Below are positions 20,703 to 29,396 of a stretch of 64,000 bases of DNA, one piece after another. The stretch lies in assembly GCA_963663895.2 (NCBI GenBank), contig CAXXRD010000001.1, forward strand, positions 384,001 through 448,000, read 5' to 3'. The first letter of the stretch is position 1. Each line of letters begins with the position of its first letter. Under the pieces are notes generated by a model that was not told the origin of the DNA, did no database searches, and was given only the letters and a program-made list of their open reading frames with translations. A program made the position numbers and the translations under genes. Source of the stretch: Dehalococcoidia bacterium. GTDB taxonomy: Bacteria > Chloroflexota > Dehalococcoidia > Bin125.

Positions 20703-22083
20703 CCGGGCCTGGCTCGTCCGGACGGCCGTGGTGGGGCCGATCGTCCTCGCGGCGGCCTGGATCGCGGCGGACGCGAGCGGAGGCGAACGCGCCCAAGCCG
20801 GATGCTTGTTCGGCGCCGGCCCGCCCTTCGCCTTTCAGGGCTACGAGGGACCGCAGGATCGCGAGCGCTTTCTGCTGGCGCAGCAGCTGGCGGCGACCAA
20901 CCAGCTATTCCCGGAAAGCGAGAGCTTCGCGCTGCCGGAGATCCTGGCCGGGAGCGCGGAGGCCCGCGCGCCGCGGCCCGGAGCGACCATCCCGACCGCG
21001 CTGCTGCACGCGATCGGCTGGATCGAGAGCAAGACCACGCACACGGCGAGGGAAGTGCATTGGCAGTCCATCGGGGACGTGCTGCTGTCGCCGGATTGCG
21101 GCTACGGCGTCATGCAAGTGACGTCCTATTTCGACAACGACGGCGATCCGCCCAGCCGCAACGAGACCCTGGTTGGTACGCACTACGCCTACAACACCGC
21201 CACCGGGGCCCAAATCTTGGTGGAGAAGTGGAACGACCAGTTCTTCCCCATCGTAGGACTCGGCGAGCCGGCATTCGTCGAGTCCTGGTACTACGCGCTC
21301 TGGGGCTACAACGGCTGGGACTTCCGCAACCACCCCGCGGGAACGGAGACGGATCCCTTCCGCACGCTGCCCTTCCCGTGTGACGGGCCGCGCAACGGCT
21401 ACGCCTACCAGGAGCTCGTGCTGGGGTGCGTGCAATCGCCGCCGGCGCTTGGCGGCGAACCGCTGTGGCAGGAAAAGCCGGTGCAGCTCCCCGATCTCGA
21501 CAGCCTCTCGGCGGCGGGCGGACCGTTGGATCCGGCCGTGTACTTCGCGGGTTGGAACGCCATCCGCCAGTCGCCCTTCGGCGCTGAGCACCCCCATCCC
21601 TTCCTCGCCATGGCGATGCCGCTGCCGCCGGACGCGCTGCCGGTGGACGAGACGGCCTTGCCGGGGCCGGCGGCGCTGGCCGTGCGGGAGGCGATTCTCG
21701 GCGATCCGCGCTTGGACTTGGAGACCGCCAATGTGACTCTCACGCCGAGCGGCAACCGCATGACGGCCACGATCACCGTGGCCAACGCCGGGTCGGGCCT
21801 GCTGGTCTACCGGGCGGAGACGGATGCGCCCTGGCTCGGTCTCGACGTGCAGGCCGGCGTCGCGGCCGGCATGGATGTCCCCTTCCGGGCCGGGGAACCC
21901 CTGTCGGCGACGATCACGCTCGTCGCCGACAGAGCCGCCATCCCGGCCGGCACGCTGGGAGCGACCGTGACGATCGAGGCGCTGCTCCCCAACGGCGACG
22001 TCTTGAGGCGCCACGTTCGGGTCAACGTAGTAGAAGTGACCCAGGAGATTCCCGCCTACGAAGCGGGACAGCCGCAGAGCTAG
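20689..22083 (+). CDS. Secreted protein with lysozyme-like/SLT domain and C-terminal Ig/BACON-like domain
   Basis: IPTALLHAIGWIES (catalytic-Glu position), GYGVMQVT, YNTATGAQIL, ALWGYNG; C-terminal TVANAGSGLL...APWL. Confidence 0.65.
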   Translation: MGRISRAWLVRTAVVGPIVLAAAWIAADASGGERAQAGCLFGAGPPFAFQGYEGPQDRERFLLAQQLAATNQLFPESESFALPEILAGSAEARAPRPGATIPTALLHAIGWIESKTTHTAREVHWQSIGDVLLSPDCGYGVMQVTSYFDNDGDPPSRNETLVGTHYAYNTATGAQILVEKWNDQFFPIVGLGEPAFVESWYYALWGYNGWDFRNHPAGTETDPFRTLPFPCDGPRNGYAYQELVLGCVQSPPALGGEPLWQEKPVQLPDLDSLSAAGGPLDPAVYFAGWNAIRQSPFGAEHPHPFLAMAMPLPPDALPVDETALPGPAALAVREAILGDPRLDLETANVTLTPSGNRMTATITVANAGSGLLVYRAETDAPWLGLDVQAGVAAGMDVPFRAGEPLSATITLVADRAAIPAGTLGATVTIEALLPNGDVLRRHVRVNVVEVTQEIPAYEAGQPQS

Positions 22084-22087
22084 CGAG

Positions 22088-22609
22088 TTGGCGAAGGGAC
22101 TCGAAATGGGCGTGCTGGCAATGATCGGCGCAATGATCGGCAAGGTGCGGCGCAACCATGCGCTCGAGCACGCCACGATCGCCGTCCTGCTCGCGCGGCA
22201 CGGGCTCGGGCTGCAGCTCGCGGGACATGCGGCGCCCGGCGGTTTCTACATCAGCGGGAACGTGACGGCCGCGCAGGTCGGCAGCGCCGCGGAGGAGGCG
22301 CTGGTCCGGCTGCAGGGCGGCGAGCGGCACCTGGCGCTGTCGCCGCTGTGCGGGACGAACATCGTCCTCGGCGGCGGGCTGGCGGGCCTGGCCTCGTTGG
22401 CGGTCCTGGGAAGCGGGGATCGCCGGCAGCGCTGGCCGGACGTGCTGGCCGCGGCGATCGCCGCCGCGCTCGCCGCGCAGCTGTTCGGCCGCTACGCGCA
22501 ACGCTTCGTGACGACCTCCGCCGATCTGCAGGGACTGCGCATCACGGGCACGGGCGAGCGCCGCTACGGCAGATGGCGGCGGATCAAGGTAGAGACGCGC
22601 AGCGAGTAA
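22088..22609 (+). CDS. DUF6391-like membrane protein
   Basis: RRNHALEHATI, RLQGGERHLALSPLCGTN. Confidence 0.7.
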   Translation: MAKGLEMGVLAMIGAMIGKVRRNHALEHATIAVLLARHGLGLQLAGHAAPGGFYISGNVTAAQVGSAAEEALVRLQGGERHLALSPLCGTNIVLGGGLAGLASLAVLGSGDRRQRWPDVLAAAIAAALAAQLFGRYAQRFVTTSADLQGLRITGTGERRYGRWRRIKVETRSE

Positions 22610-22624
22610 GCTACAAGCGGACGC

Positions 22625-22701
22625 GCCCCCGTAGCTCAACTGGATAGAGCCGCGGCGTTCTAATCCGCAGGTTGCAGGTTCGAGTCCTGCCGGGGGTACC
22701 A
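22625..22701 (+). tRNA. tRNA-Arg (anticodon TCT)
   Basis: Acceptor GCCCCCG/CGGGGGT-ACCA, D-arm GCTC/GAGC, T-arm GCAGG-TTCGAGT-CCTGC, anticodon loop GTTCTAA. Confidence 0.92.
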
Positions 22702-22810
22702 CGACCCAGCGGATGTCGCCAGGCGCGATGGGGGCTTATATAGGCCCCCTTAAGTTGCGGCGTTTTCAATGATGCGGTATCAATTGAGATCCAGTTGGAG
22801 GAGGCAGGCC

Positions 22811-25390
22811 ATGCTGAAGTCGAACGTGCGTTCTGGGGGGGGGGGGGGGGGGGGTACTAGAGCCCTACTAGCTCTCCTATCCGTGGGGCTGCTGGCGCTC
22901 TGCGCGGCCGTTTTCGCCGCGAATGCGCCGTCCGCCGGGGCGCAGTCCCCGTCTGATCCGTCCGGCCAAGTCTGCCCCCCGCACGTCCCGCCCTTCCCCG
23001 CCCTCCCGTGCTTCGACCTCGACGACAGGACGGGCGGCACCCCCATTGACGACGACAGCAGGAACACGCTCAACGAGATCAACGAGAATCTGAGGAGGGA
23101 GCGGGGCGGCAATTGGGGCCTGCCGTCCGTCGCGCCGGCGGACCCCGGGTCCGTCGTGAGCCTCGCCGCGCCCGCGAACCTGAGCGTGACGCCCGGCGAG
23201 GGCTACCTCGACATCTCCTGGGACGCCGTGAGCGGCGCGACCGGCTACGACGTGCAGGCCCAGACGGCCGGCAGCTCGTCCTGGCACGACGCGGCGCAGG
23301 TGACGGGCACGTCCCACCGCTACACCACGAGCGCGACGATCGACCACGTGCGCGTGCGCGCCCGCGACAACTCGGGCGTGAGCAACTGGGCGCAGGTCTC
23401 GCGGCTGCCGGCGGCGGACTGGCTGACGACCGTCCAGCCGGCGGGCGGGGCCAGCGCCTCCAGCACGGGCGGCTCCACCGCCTCGCTGCTCGCCGCGCCC
23501 GCGTCGATCACGGTGACGCGCGACAATATGAGCACCTCTCGCGATGAACGATTGACCATCAGCTGGGCGGCGGTGGCTGGCGCGGACGGCTACAACCTCA
23601 CCTGCTCCGGCAGGAGCGGCTGGAGCTGGTGGGAATGCGGCTCGACGGACTCCGGCTCCGTCACCACCCTGACGGTGGATAGGGCCGAGACGACCCGCCT
23701 GGGCTATATCGTCTCCTACATGGTCGCCGTGCGCGCGGTCACCAACAATCCAGATCAGGCCAGCGATTGGACCATCTCGGTGGACGCGCACCCAGCCCTC
23801 CAGCCCAAGAACCTTGCGGTCTCACGCTCTGCCGGCTCCATCTCGGTTTCATGGACTCAGCCCCGGTATTCCACGGGCTACGAAATCGAGTGCGCCACGC
23901 GCGAAGATGGCGTCACGGGCACGTACCGAGCCTGCGCTGACGTTGAAACGGCGACCCTGGGCAGCGACCGCCGGGTCACTGCCACACTCACCTCGTGGAC
24001 GGTTGGCGGGACCACCTACACCGTTGACGACAGCAAGACCTACGACCTGGCCGTCAGGACCACGAACGCCTGGGGGAACTCGCCCTGGCGGTTGGCGCCG
24101 CTGATCCATCCCAACACGTCTCTGACCGCGAGCAATGTCAGCGACGATTCGGCGACGCTGACCATCACCCACCACACGGGCGCCTGGTACTACCGGCACA
24201 CGGGCGCGGGCGCCACCTGCCAGGGCCCGGTCAGCGGGACGAGTCAGAACATCACCAGCCTGACAGGGGGTACGACCCACACCTACTCGGCCTACAGCGA
24301 CAGCACATGCTCGACGCTGCTGGCCACGGCGACGCCGTTCACCACGCACGTGGCGGTGGACAACCTGGACAAGGCAACCTACCAATACAACTGCCCGGTC
24401 TCCGGGAACACTCGCTGCGCCGTGGCATTCACCACCGGCTCGAATGCGAGCGGCTACACGCTGACCGCGATCACCGCCAGGTTCGCGGCCACGCTCGACC
24501 CGAACGACGCCCTGGGTGACCTCATCGCGACGATCCACCCCGATGAATCCGGCAGGCCAGACACCCGCTCGACTCTGGCGACTTTGACGGTAGAAAGCAA
24601 CCCAGTGGCAGCGGGCGACTACCGGTTCGCCTGTGCTGGAAACGGCTGCACTCTGTCGCCGAACACGACCTACTTTGTCATGTTCAATGCAACCGCGGGC
24701 AGTTCGAACAGCGAGCGTTACAACTGGGAGAGCACCGAGAACAACGACGAAAACCTGAATCCCACTGGCAACGGCTGGACGCTGGCGGACGGAACCGACG
24801 CCCAACAAGTCATCACCTGGCAGCCGGAGTACTCCGACACGGGCAAGCTCAAGATCACGGCCCGGCTCAATCCGTCACTCACCTCCTCCAGCGTCACCGC
24901 CACGACGGCGACGCTGACCATCGCCGACCACCACGACGCGTGGTACTACAAGGCGACGAGCGGGCCGCACACGACCTGCCAGGGGCCCGTGGCGGCGAGC
25001 GCGAGCAACGCGAGCCTGACCGGCCTGAGCGCGGCCACGTCGTACACCTACTCGGCCTACAGCGACAGCGCATGCACGAACGCCAACCTGCTGGCGACGG
25101 CGGCGGCGTTCACGACCACGCTCCCCGCGCCGACGGGCCTGAACCTGAGCTTCGACAGCGGGGCTGTCAAGATGAAGGCCACCTGGAGCAAGCCGTCCGG
25201 CGTGACCGGCGCCGTGAGCTACGAGGTGGAGCACGCGGACAACAACACCAGCAACCCCTACGGGAACCGCACGACCATCGCGGCCACCAGCGCCACCACT
25301 GTGACGCACCACTTCAACAACACGCTGACCGTCAAGTTCCGCGTGCGCGCAAAGGTCGGCAACGTGACCAGCGCCTGGGCGGAGCGCTAA
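22811..25390 (+). CDS. Large secreted Thr/Ser-rich surface protein with fibronectin type III-like domains (adhesin-like)
   Basis: GGAGGAGG RBS before ATG 22811; signal peptide; APANLSVTPG...ISWDAVSGATGYDVQ-type FN3 repeats; duplicated Cys-containing module. Confidence 0.8.
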   Translation: MLKSNVRSGGGGGGGTRALLALLSVGLLALCAAVFAANAPSAGAQSPSDPSGQVCPPHVPPFPALPCFDLDDRTGGTPIDDDSRNTLNEINENLRRERGGNWGLPSVAPADPGSVVSLAAPANLSVTPGEGYLDISWDAVSGATGYDVQAQTAGSSSWHDAAQVTGTSHRYTTSATIDHVRVRARDNSGVSNWAQVSRLPAADWLTTVQPAGGASASSTGGSTASLLAAPASITVTRDNMSTSRDERLTISWAAVAGADGYNLTCSGRSGWSWWECGSTDSGSVTTLTVDRAETTRLGYIVSYMVAVRAVTNNPDQASDWTISVDAHPALQPKNLAVSRSAGSISVSWTQPRYSTGYEIECATREDGVTGTYRACADVETATLGSDRRVTATLTSWTVGGTTYTVDDSKTYDLAVRTTNAWGNSPWRLAPLIHPNTSLTASNVSDDSATLTITHHTGAWYYRHTGAGATCQGPVSGTSQNITSLTGGTTHTYSAYSDSTCSTLLATATPFTTHVAVDNLDKATYQYNCPVSGNTRCAVAFTTGSNASGYTLTAITARFAATLDPNDALGDLIATIHPDESGRPDTRSTLATLTVESNPVAAGDYRFACAGNGCTLSPNTTYFVMFNATAGSSNSERYNWESTENNDENLNPTGNGWTLADGTDAQQVITWQPEYSDTGKLKITARLNPSLTSSSVTATTATLTIADHHDAWYYKATSGPHTTCQGPVAASASNASLTGLSAATSYTYSAYSDSACTNANLLATAAAFTTTLPAPTGLNLSFDSGAVKMKATWSKPSGVTGAVSYEVEHADNNTSNPYGNRTTIAATSATTVTHHFNNTLTVKFRVRAKVGNVTSAWAER
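22835..22854 (+). repeat. Poly-G homopolymer (20 G) in the signal-peptide N-region
   Basis: Read directly from the sequence. Confidence 0.9.
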
Positions 25391-25469
25391 CTCGCCGCCC
25401 GTCAAGTTCCGCGTGCGGGCGAAGATCGGCGACGTGACCAGCGCCTGGATGGAGTACGTGTCGCCCTAG
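25331..25469 (+). repeat. Tandem duplicate of the surface-protein 3' end (25331-25378 vs 25401-25448) encoding an alternative C-terminus
   Basis: 44/48 nt identical; VKFRVRAKVGNVTSAWAER* vs VKFRVRAKIGDVTSAWMEYVSP*. Confidence 0.85.
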
Positions 25470-25678
25470 CAACGGGCACGCCGAGGAGCGTCTGCCGAAC
25501 GAGAGTCGAGCGCGAGGCGGGTGAGTGGGCCGAGTACCACAACAGCGTGGCCTTGCGGATCAAGGTGACGGCGGAGTAACGGGCGCGGACAGCGCTTGCA
25601 CGTCCGGCGGTCCGCGGACGCGCGACGCCGAAGTAGCGCGCTGGTCCTCGGGGAGCGCGCGCGGGCGCGGGGATCAGC

Positions 25679-25969
25679 CTACCGCTGCGTGCGGACTGCC
25701 TTCTGCACGTGCTCGCGGAGGGCGCGGTTGATGTTGGTCTGGTAGCCGCGACCGCCGGCGGTCTGCTCCTTGAACCAGGCGATCACGTCGGCGTCGATTC
25801 TGAGCGTGATCTGCTGCTTGACCGGGCGGTAGAACTTGCCCCGCACCGCGCCGATCCAGTCGGTGGTCTCGGGGATATCGCTGAGGTCGATATCTTCGTC
25901 CGCCAGTTCGTCCAGCGCCGACAGTTCCTGCTGGACCTTCAGCGGCAGCTCATCGAATTCCTTCTTCAT
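25679..25969 (-). CDS. brnA: BrnA family antitoxin
   Basis: IDLSDIPE, RPVKQQITLRIDADVIAWFK, GYQTNINRALR. Confidence 0.9.
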   Translation of the reverse strand: MKKEFDELPLKVQQELSALDELADEDIDLSDIPETTDWIGAVRGKFYRPVKQQITLRIDADVIAWFKEQTAGGRGYQTNINRALREHVQKAVRTQR

Positions 25970-26252
25970 ATGCCATCCTTTCGGTCCGGGTCGATTTGCG
26001 AGCCGAGATAATTCGGCCTGGTTTGACGTTCTCCCGCGCCTCATCATCCGGAGCGGTATGGACGACCGTGAGGAAGCGATTGCCGACTACGCCAATGGTC
26101 TTCCAGCGGTCTTTGAAGGGATACGGATCGGGAACTGCCAGAGCCAGTGGATCGTCGAACACCAACTCCGCTGTCTCGAAGCCGAGCCGGTGCTTCCGAA
26201 GGTTGGCAGCTTCCTTTGCGGCATCCCAAGTCCAGCGCAAACTCGGCCCCAT
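25950..26252 (-). CDS. brnT: BrnT family toxin (RNase)
   Basis: WDAAKEAANLRKH, VFDDP, RIISARK; overlaps antitoxin start. Confidence 0.9.
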   Translation of the reverse strand: MGPSLRWTWDAAKEAANLRKHRLGFETAELVFDDPLALAVPDPYPFKDRWKTIGVVGNRFLTVVHTAPDDEARENVKPGRIISARKSTRTERMAYEEGIR

Positions 26253-26327
26253 CCTTCACTACATGAGTGTAGCTACAGCCGGCTGCCGCCGTCAAAGCGG
26301 CGATGACGGCGGAGGAGTTGCTGCGGC

Positions 26328-26471
26328 CTGTCCACCACGTTGAGCGACGGGCAGACGCTGACGCCTTCGGGCAACGGCTGGAGCATCGCGGACGCGGCGC
26401 GCTACGAGGCGGGTTCGTGGGCCGAGTACCACAACGGCGCGGCCTTGCGGATCAAGGTGACGGCGGAGTAA
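26328..26471 (+). pseudogene. Startless fragment homologous to an internal domain end of the upstream surface protein
   Basis: LSTTLSDGQTLTPSGNGWSIAD...LRIKVTAE* resembles WESTENNDENLNPTGNGWTLAD...KLKITAR. Confidence 0.65.
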
Positions 26472-26722
26472 CGGGCGCGGGCGGCGCTTGCACGTCCGGC
26501 GGTCCGCGGACGCGCGACGCCGAACTGACGCGCGGGCGCGCCCGGCGCCTGGGGGGGCGCGTGTCGCCCTAGCAACGGGCACGCCGAGGAGATCCGCCGC
26601 CGCACGCGTGAAGTGGCCGGGCTCGCTCTGACGGACGAAGCGCTGGGCTGAGGCCTCATTCTGTCCAGGCGGGACACCGAGGGCAGAGCGTGCGCGACCT
26701 CCACCGCGCTCGGCATAGTGCA

Positions 26723-26750
26723 TAGACGTAAGTGCGTTAGCCAGTACACT
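26723..26750 (+). promoter_or_regulatory. Possible sigma70-type promoter for the RlpA-like gene
   Basis: TAGACG-N16-TACACT. Confidence 0.35.
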
Positions 26751-26829
26751 GATTAGGGCGGGGTTTGGGGCGGGCCGTGGAGACCTCTACGGATCGAACT
26801 CTTCAACGGGTGGTTGAATCGAACGCACG

Positions 26830-27465
26830 GTGAGATGTCCTCTCCTGCTGGACGCGCAGCGAGGACCGCACGCTTGGCGCGGGAATGTCGTGCTGCAGTG
26901 GCTCGTGCTGAAGGCCGCGTTCTGGGGCATCGGAGCCGCCGTCCTTGTGGGGATCGGGGTCGACTCCAACGAACCGATCGACCTGCGCTTGTTCCAGGCA
27001 CAAACACAGCAACGCACCACCCAAACGGTGACGTTGCCCAACGACCCACCAGCGCTGGCCTCGACACGTAGTCTTCCGGGCCCGCCCGATCCGGCGCCGC
27101 CCCATAGCGGCCCGACGGTGGGGACCGTGACGTGGTACGGGGGACATTGGCTCCTTGATGGCCAACGCACAGCCTGGGGAGAGATCTACGATCCGGACGA
27201 TCCGACGACGGCCGCCACCGCACTGCTTCGCAACGCCGCGGGCGAATGGGTCGTGCCGCTCTGGGAATACAACACGCGGCTACGCGTCTGTCACGAGGAG
27301 CAATGCATCGTCGTGCGGATCACCGACACCTGTCCGGCTTGCTTGAACCCCGAGTACCCGGGTGGCGGAGAGATCCTGCTCGATCTCAGCCGCGCCGCAT
27401 TCCAGGAACTCGTACCCTTGGCGGAGGGCAGAGTGCAAGTGCAGATCACGGTACTGGAGGAGTAG
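26830..27465 (+). CDS. RlpA-like double-psi beta-barrel protein with N-terminal membrane anchor
   Basis: GTVTWYG, RTAWGEIYDP, TAAT, VVRITDTCP, LLDLSRAAF; start uncertain. Confidence 0.8.
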   Translation: MRCPLLLDAQRGPHAWRGNVVLQWLVLKAAFWGIGAAVLVGIGVDSNEPIDLRLFQAQTQQRTTQTVTLPNDPPALASTRSLPGPPDPAPPHSGPTVGTVTWYGGHWLLDGQRTAWGEIYDPDDPTTAATALLRNAAGEWVVPLWEYNTRLRVCHEEQCIVVRITDTCPACLNPEYPGGGEILLDLSRAAFQELVPLAEGRVQVQITVLEE

Positions 27466-27539
27466 CAGCGGACGACCCGCCTTGCTGATGGCCGCCACTC
27501 CCGGGAGCCGGCGGAAGCGCTTCGGTGATCGCGGGAGGA

Positions 27540-28418
27540 CTAGCGCTCCGGGCGCAAGCCGGGCCGTATCCGCACACCGACCTCAAGCTCGCTGTCTTCC
27601 CCTCCCTGGAGAACGCCGCGCGTCGGAGGCACGTCGTGATAGTCGCGTCCCACCGCGACGCGCACGTAGCGCTCGTCGGCGACGCTCTGGTTCGTGGGAT
27701 CGAAGCCGATCCAGCCGAGATCCGGCAACCGGCACTCGACCCACGCGTGCATCGCCGTTTGCGGTCCGTGCTCACCGGATCGGCTGCCGACATGCAGATA
27801 GCCGGAAACGTAACGAGCCGGCACGCCCCAGGAACGCGCGATGGCGATCATGACGTGGGCGTAGTCTTGGCAAACGCCCGATCCGGACTCCAAGATATGC
27901 TCCATCGGGGAGCCCACCGAGGTACTCCCGGGGACGTACCGGAAGCTGCGGTACAGCGTGTCGGAGAGTCGTAGCAAGGCCTCCAACGGGTCACCCTCCG
28001 CCTTAATGTTCCCCCGCTCCACAAAGGCCGTGAGGGCGGACGAGGGCCGCGCCAGCGCACTCGCGTGCGTGAAATCCCAGTGCGCGAACGCCTTGCTCCA
28101 AGAGCGAATCTCTTCCCAGGCAGCAGTGCTCAGGGAACCCGGGAGGGGAGCGGACGGCGCCACCTCGACCGTGGAGCGAGTGGTGATCGCCAGCGCTTCG
28201 TGCTCCCGGTGAATATTGAGCACATGCTTGGTGTTGCCGAAGCAGTCCTGCTCGCTGGTCACGGGAGCCGCAGGTGCGGTCGTGACCTCGAAGCGCAGGA
28301 GGCGTTGACCGCAGTCCTCGCGCGGTTGCAGGCAGAGGGACATCACGCAGCGCTGCACCGGCGCGCGATAGAGATACGAGGTGACGTGCTCGATCTCGTA
28401 GCGCACGGGACCGATCAC
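27540..28418 (-). CDS. Transglutaminase family protein
   Basis: IEHVTSYLY, GVCQDYAH, ARYVSGYL, HAWVE, GFDPTN, GRDYHDVPP. Confidence 0.92.
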   Translation of the reverse strand: MIGPVRYEIEHVTSYLYRAPVQRCVMSLCLQPREDCGQRLLRFEVTTAPAAPVTSEQDCFGNTKHVLNIHREHEALAITTRSTVEVAPSAPLPGSLSTAAWEEIRSWSKAFAHWDFTHASALARPSSALTAFVERGNIKAEGDPLEALLRLSDTLYRSFRYVPGSTSVGSPMEHILESGSGVCQDYAHVMIAIARSWGVPARYVSGYLHVGSRSGEHGPQTAMHAWVECRLPDLGWIGFDPTNQSVADERYVRVAVGRDYHDVPPTRGVLQGGEDSELEVGVRIRPGLRPER

Positions 28419-28422
28419 GAAG

Positions 28423-29391
28423 TCAGCGCGCCGGAAGGTCTGCGATCGGGTAATCGAAATAGGTGGCGGTCACGAGATCGTGCAGCTCCCAGCAGTCCGC
28501 GCCCATCTGCTGCAGAAGGGCTCCGCGGTCCTCTCGTACCGGCCACTCGGACTGGACCAGGGCGACCAGGCGGGAAGCCCGCTGCTGCACCGCATCACTT
28601 GTCTGCGCGTTCGGACCGGCACCGATGACGGCGATCTCCGCCGCTACCCTGTCGAGCGACCGGCGGAGCGAGTAAGGCAGCAGGGGGTCCGTCGCGAGCA
28701 GGTCCAACACTTGGCCCGGCTCCACGGCGACGCTATAGCGGCGATCATAGGCCTCGAACGCATGGTACGCGCGCAACAGGCTGGTCCAGTCCGCTTCCGA
28801 GTACTCCCCGGTCATCCGGTCGGCGGCGAGCTGCGCGAGAAACAACGCCACTGCGCGTTGCGCGCGCTCGACGAAGCGCCCGAGTTGCAGGAAGCGCCAG
28901 CCGCTATCGCGGTACATGGTGGCGGAGGTCACGCCCATGAAGGTATCGACCTCCGCCGCCGTTTCCGCGTAGAAACTCTCCGGGGAAGCAGACCAGATAT
29001 CTTGAATGCCCAGCTTCTGGATCCGCAGGTAGGCCAAATTCAGGCCGGTCCACATTTCAGCGCTGATGCAGTGGCGCATCTGCCGGGCGTTCTCCCGGCC
29101 GAGCGCGAAACAGCTCCAGACGGAATCAGGGTTCGAGCGTTCGAACGTGAGGTCGTCGGCCAGCGTGTAGGAATCGGCCAGCGTGTAGTCCTCGCCGCCA
29201 AGGGGATCGAGATCGCCCATGGGAGGCCGCCGGTTCACGCTGTTATAGATGCGGCTCCAGCCAAAATGAATCTCCCGGATCGGACGATCCACCAGCGCCT
29301 CCGTCTGCAGCTGCAGCAGGCGACAGAGATGCTCCGCCCGCTCAAGATAGCGTCCCATCCAGTAGAGGCCCTGGGCACTGCGTGAAAGCAT
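28423..29391 (-). CDS. Alpha-E domain protein (DUF403)
   Basis: MLSRSAQGLYWMGRYLERAE, RENAR, LGRFVERA. Confidence 0.92.
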   Translation of the reverse strand: MLSRSAQGLYWMGRYLERAEHLCRLLQLQTEALVDRPIREIHFGWSRIYNSVNRRPPMGDLDPLGGEDYTLADSYTLADDLTFERSNPDSVWSCFALGRENARQMRHCISAEMWTGLNLAYLRIQKLGIQDIWSASPESFYAETAAEVDTFMGVTSATMYRDSGWRFLQLGRFVERAQRAVALFLAQLAADRMTGEYSEADWTSLLRAYHAFEAYDRRYSVAVEPGQVLDLLATDPLLPYSLRRSLDRVAAEIAVIGAGPNAQTSDAVQQRASRLVALVQSEWPVREDRGALLQQMGADCWELHDLVTATYFDYPIADLPAR

Positions 29392-29396
29392 GCGGC

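Larger units (their letters stand above)
25457..26591 (+). repeat. Two direct-repeat pairs around the TA module: 32 nt (25457-25488 = 26560-26591) and 120 nt (25513-25632 ~ 26405-26524)
   Basis: 32/32 and 114/120 nt identity by manual comparison. Confidence 0.85.

Noticed and set aside
22022-22702. 226-aa minus-strand ORF
   Set aside because: It is antisense to the tRNA and the DUF6391 gene, a typical shadow ORF.
25331-26524. Diversity-generating retroelement (TR/VR pair) suggested by near-identical repeats at a gene 3' end
   Set aside because: Mismatches are not confined to adenines of one copy and no reverse transcriptase is in the window.
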